The notes beneath the pieces are model-generated. The model was given only the letters and a program-made list of their open reading frames with translations. It was not told where the DNA came from and made no database searches. DNA of 63,954 bases, counting the filler, from Elsinoe ampelina (lineage: Eukaryota), in the NCBI GenBank assembly GCA_010093995.1. It is 17 parts of 17 records of this genome, joined end to end, with 100 filler letters (N's around TTAATTAATTAA, not from the genome) between each part and the next. Parts side by side here need not be neighbours in the genome. Positions count along the whole stretch, not along the records: positions 62,818 to 63,954 come from ML992657.1; 16 more parts are not named here. One strand, written 5' to 3'. The position numbers were made by a program, and so were the translations under genes. Positions 62,952 to 63,954 of the stretch are shown piece by piece (within the stretch, counting starts at the first letter, position 1; every line of letters starts with the position of its first letter).

Positions 62952-63847
62952 TATCAATGCTCAAGTCGAGGACTAGGTTCGCAAATGCTTGCGGTTTGTC
63001 GAAGCGAAGTCTGGGGCAATGCATCTTGGCAATTTGGCCAAACCGGTGGTAAAGAAGATGTGGAACACCGCAATAAAGGGTCCTCGAGCACGAGCTCATT
63101 CTCAGGTCCGTCTCAATCTGACTGATTGCCCGAAGCTTAATGGGAGCGATGCTGGCAAGGCATGCTCGCGATCGCATTCCGACTCTAGCATGGCCGCCCG
63201 GCTGGTCAACCCCGAGCATGAGGTCAACAGCAATGCATCCACCGTGGCATTAACGCATCCACATAAGTTGACCTACAATCATACAGACCGACAATATACA
63301 GAAGAGCACACGCTGCATCACAAAGTAAGTTAGCACGTCGACATTAATCCAATTGTGAACGCAGCCTGGTTCGCCTTCCTGCCTAGTCCTTCTCCTCTCG
63401 ACTGTTCTTCTTTTTCTTTTGAACTTAACAATTTTTCCTTCCTCCTGCCCTTCCCTTCCCGCCTGTTCCCTTTTCTCTGATCTTTTACCACCTCATTTTC
63501 TTTCTCACCTGGGTCTAGGTTGCTCTTCGTTGTTCACAATCGCGTTTATGAACGAAGATTCGTGCGGCTTCACTCACTGAGAAGAGGGTCATGGACCAGT
63601 GAGGTCGATCAGTTGCGCTCGAGCTCCGGTGAGGCGCCGCTAGTCACTTCTCTCCTTCTTCTTCAGGAAACGAATGATCACCAAGGGATAAGTTACAAGA
63701 TTGTCAACCCCGCGTCCATCTCACTAACTTAACTACACTGGAACAAGCCAGACCAAGAATTAAGAGACGCGATCCCAGATCATCCAGCCCTCGTTTCTTC
63801 AACCACTCCTGCCGGCTGGCGCCGGCCATAGGTAACTAAGTTAACTA

Positions 63848-63954
63848 ACGTCACTCCCCCACAATCGACGCACCCCCACAAGTGACTCACACAAAAAGGC
63901 ATCAACGAGGTAAATCATGTAATTGCTCTATCAAATCAAGCTAGTTCGTCTTCT
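63848..63954 (-). mobile_element. Right end of another Fot1/pogo subfamily, little RIP
   Basis: TA|ACGTCACTCCCCCACAATCGACGCACCCCCACAAGTGACTCAC TIR. The minus strand at the window end reads EDELA-TGA, like copies A and C. Confidence 0.8.

Noticed and set aside
62954..63845. Short ORFs in the non-RIP'd DNA between pogo ends
   Set aside because: No recognisable domain, they overlap in several frames, and an in-frame stop precedes the longest. It may be a disrupted gene but cannot be called.

Overview
This is fungal (filamentous ascomycete) DNA and not one continuous locus. It consists of 17 contigs joined by 16 identical 100-bp linkers (44 N + TTAATTAATTAA + 44 N). The 15 complete contigs are sorted by decreasing length (4592 to 3006 bp), as in an unplaced-contig pseudomolecule. 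Two GC-rich contigs (9618-14175, 14276-18597) carry host genes: TM9SF/EMP70, NCS1/frequenin, an unknown membrane protein, a Fic-domain protein and MED4. MED4 appears split between the two contigs, so their true order is probably reversed. Almost everything else is AT-rich repeat DNA mutated by RIP (repeat-induced point mutation; CpA/TpG to TpA). It includes at least four Ty3/Gypsy families (my labels G1-G4), nested in each other, and a solo LTR with a 5-bp target-site duplication (TSD). It also includes self-nested Fot1/pogo DNA transposons (one complete, 44-bp terminal inverted repeats [TIRs], TA TSD), a second TIR family, and a RecQ/telomere-linked-helicase-like pseudogene. The best leads are a spliced antisense Zn2Cys6-like accessory gene inside the G2 Gypsy family (with a similar remnant in G3), a soluble fungal Fic enzyme with an intact catalytic loop and a variant inhibitory helix, and a possible non-myristoylated NCS1 isoform encoded from intron 1. 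All protein readings in RIP'd DNA are my manual back-mutations and are inferences.
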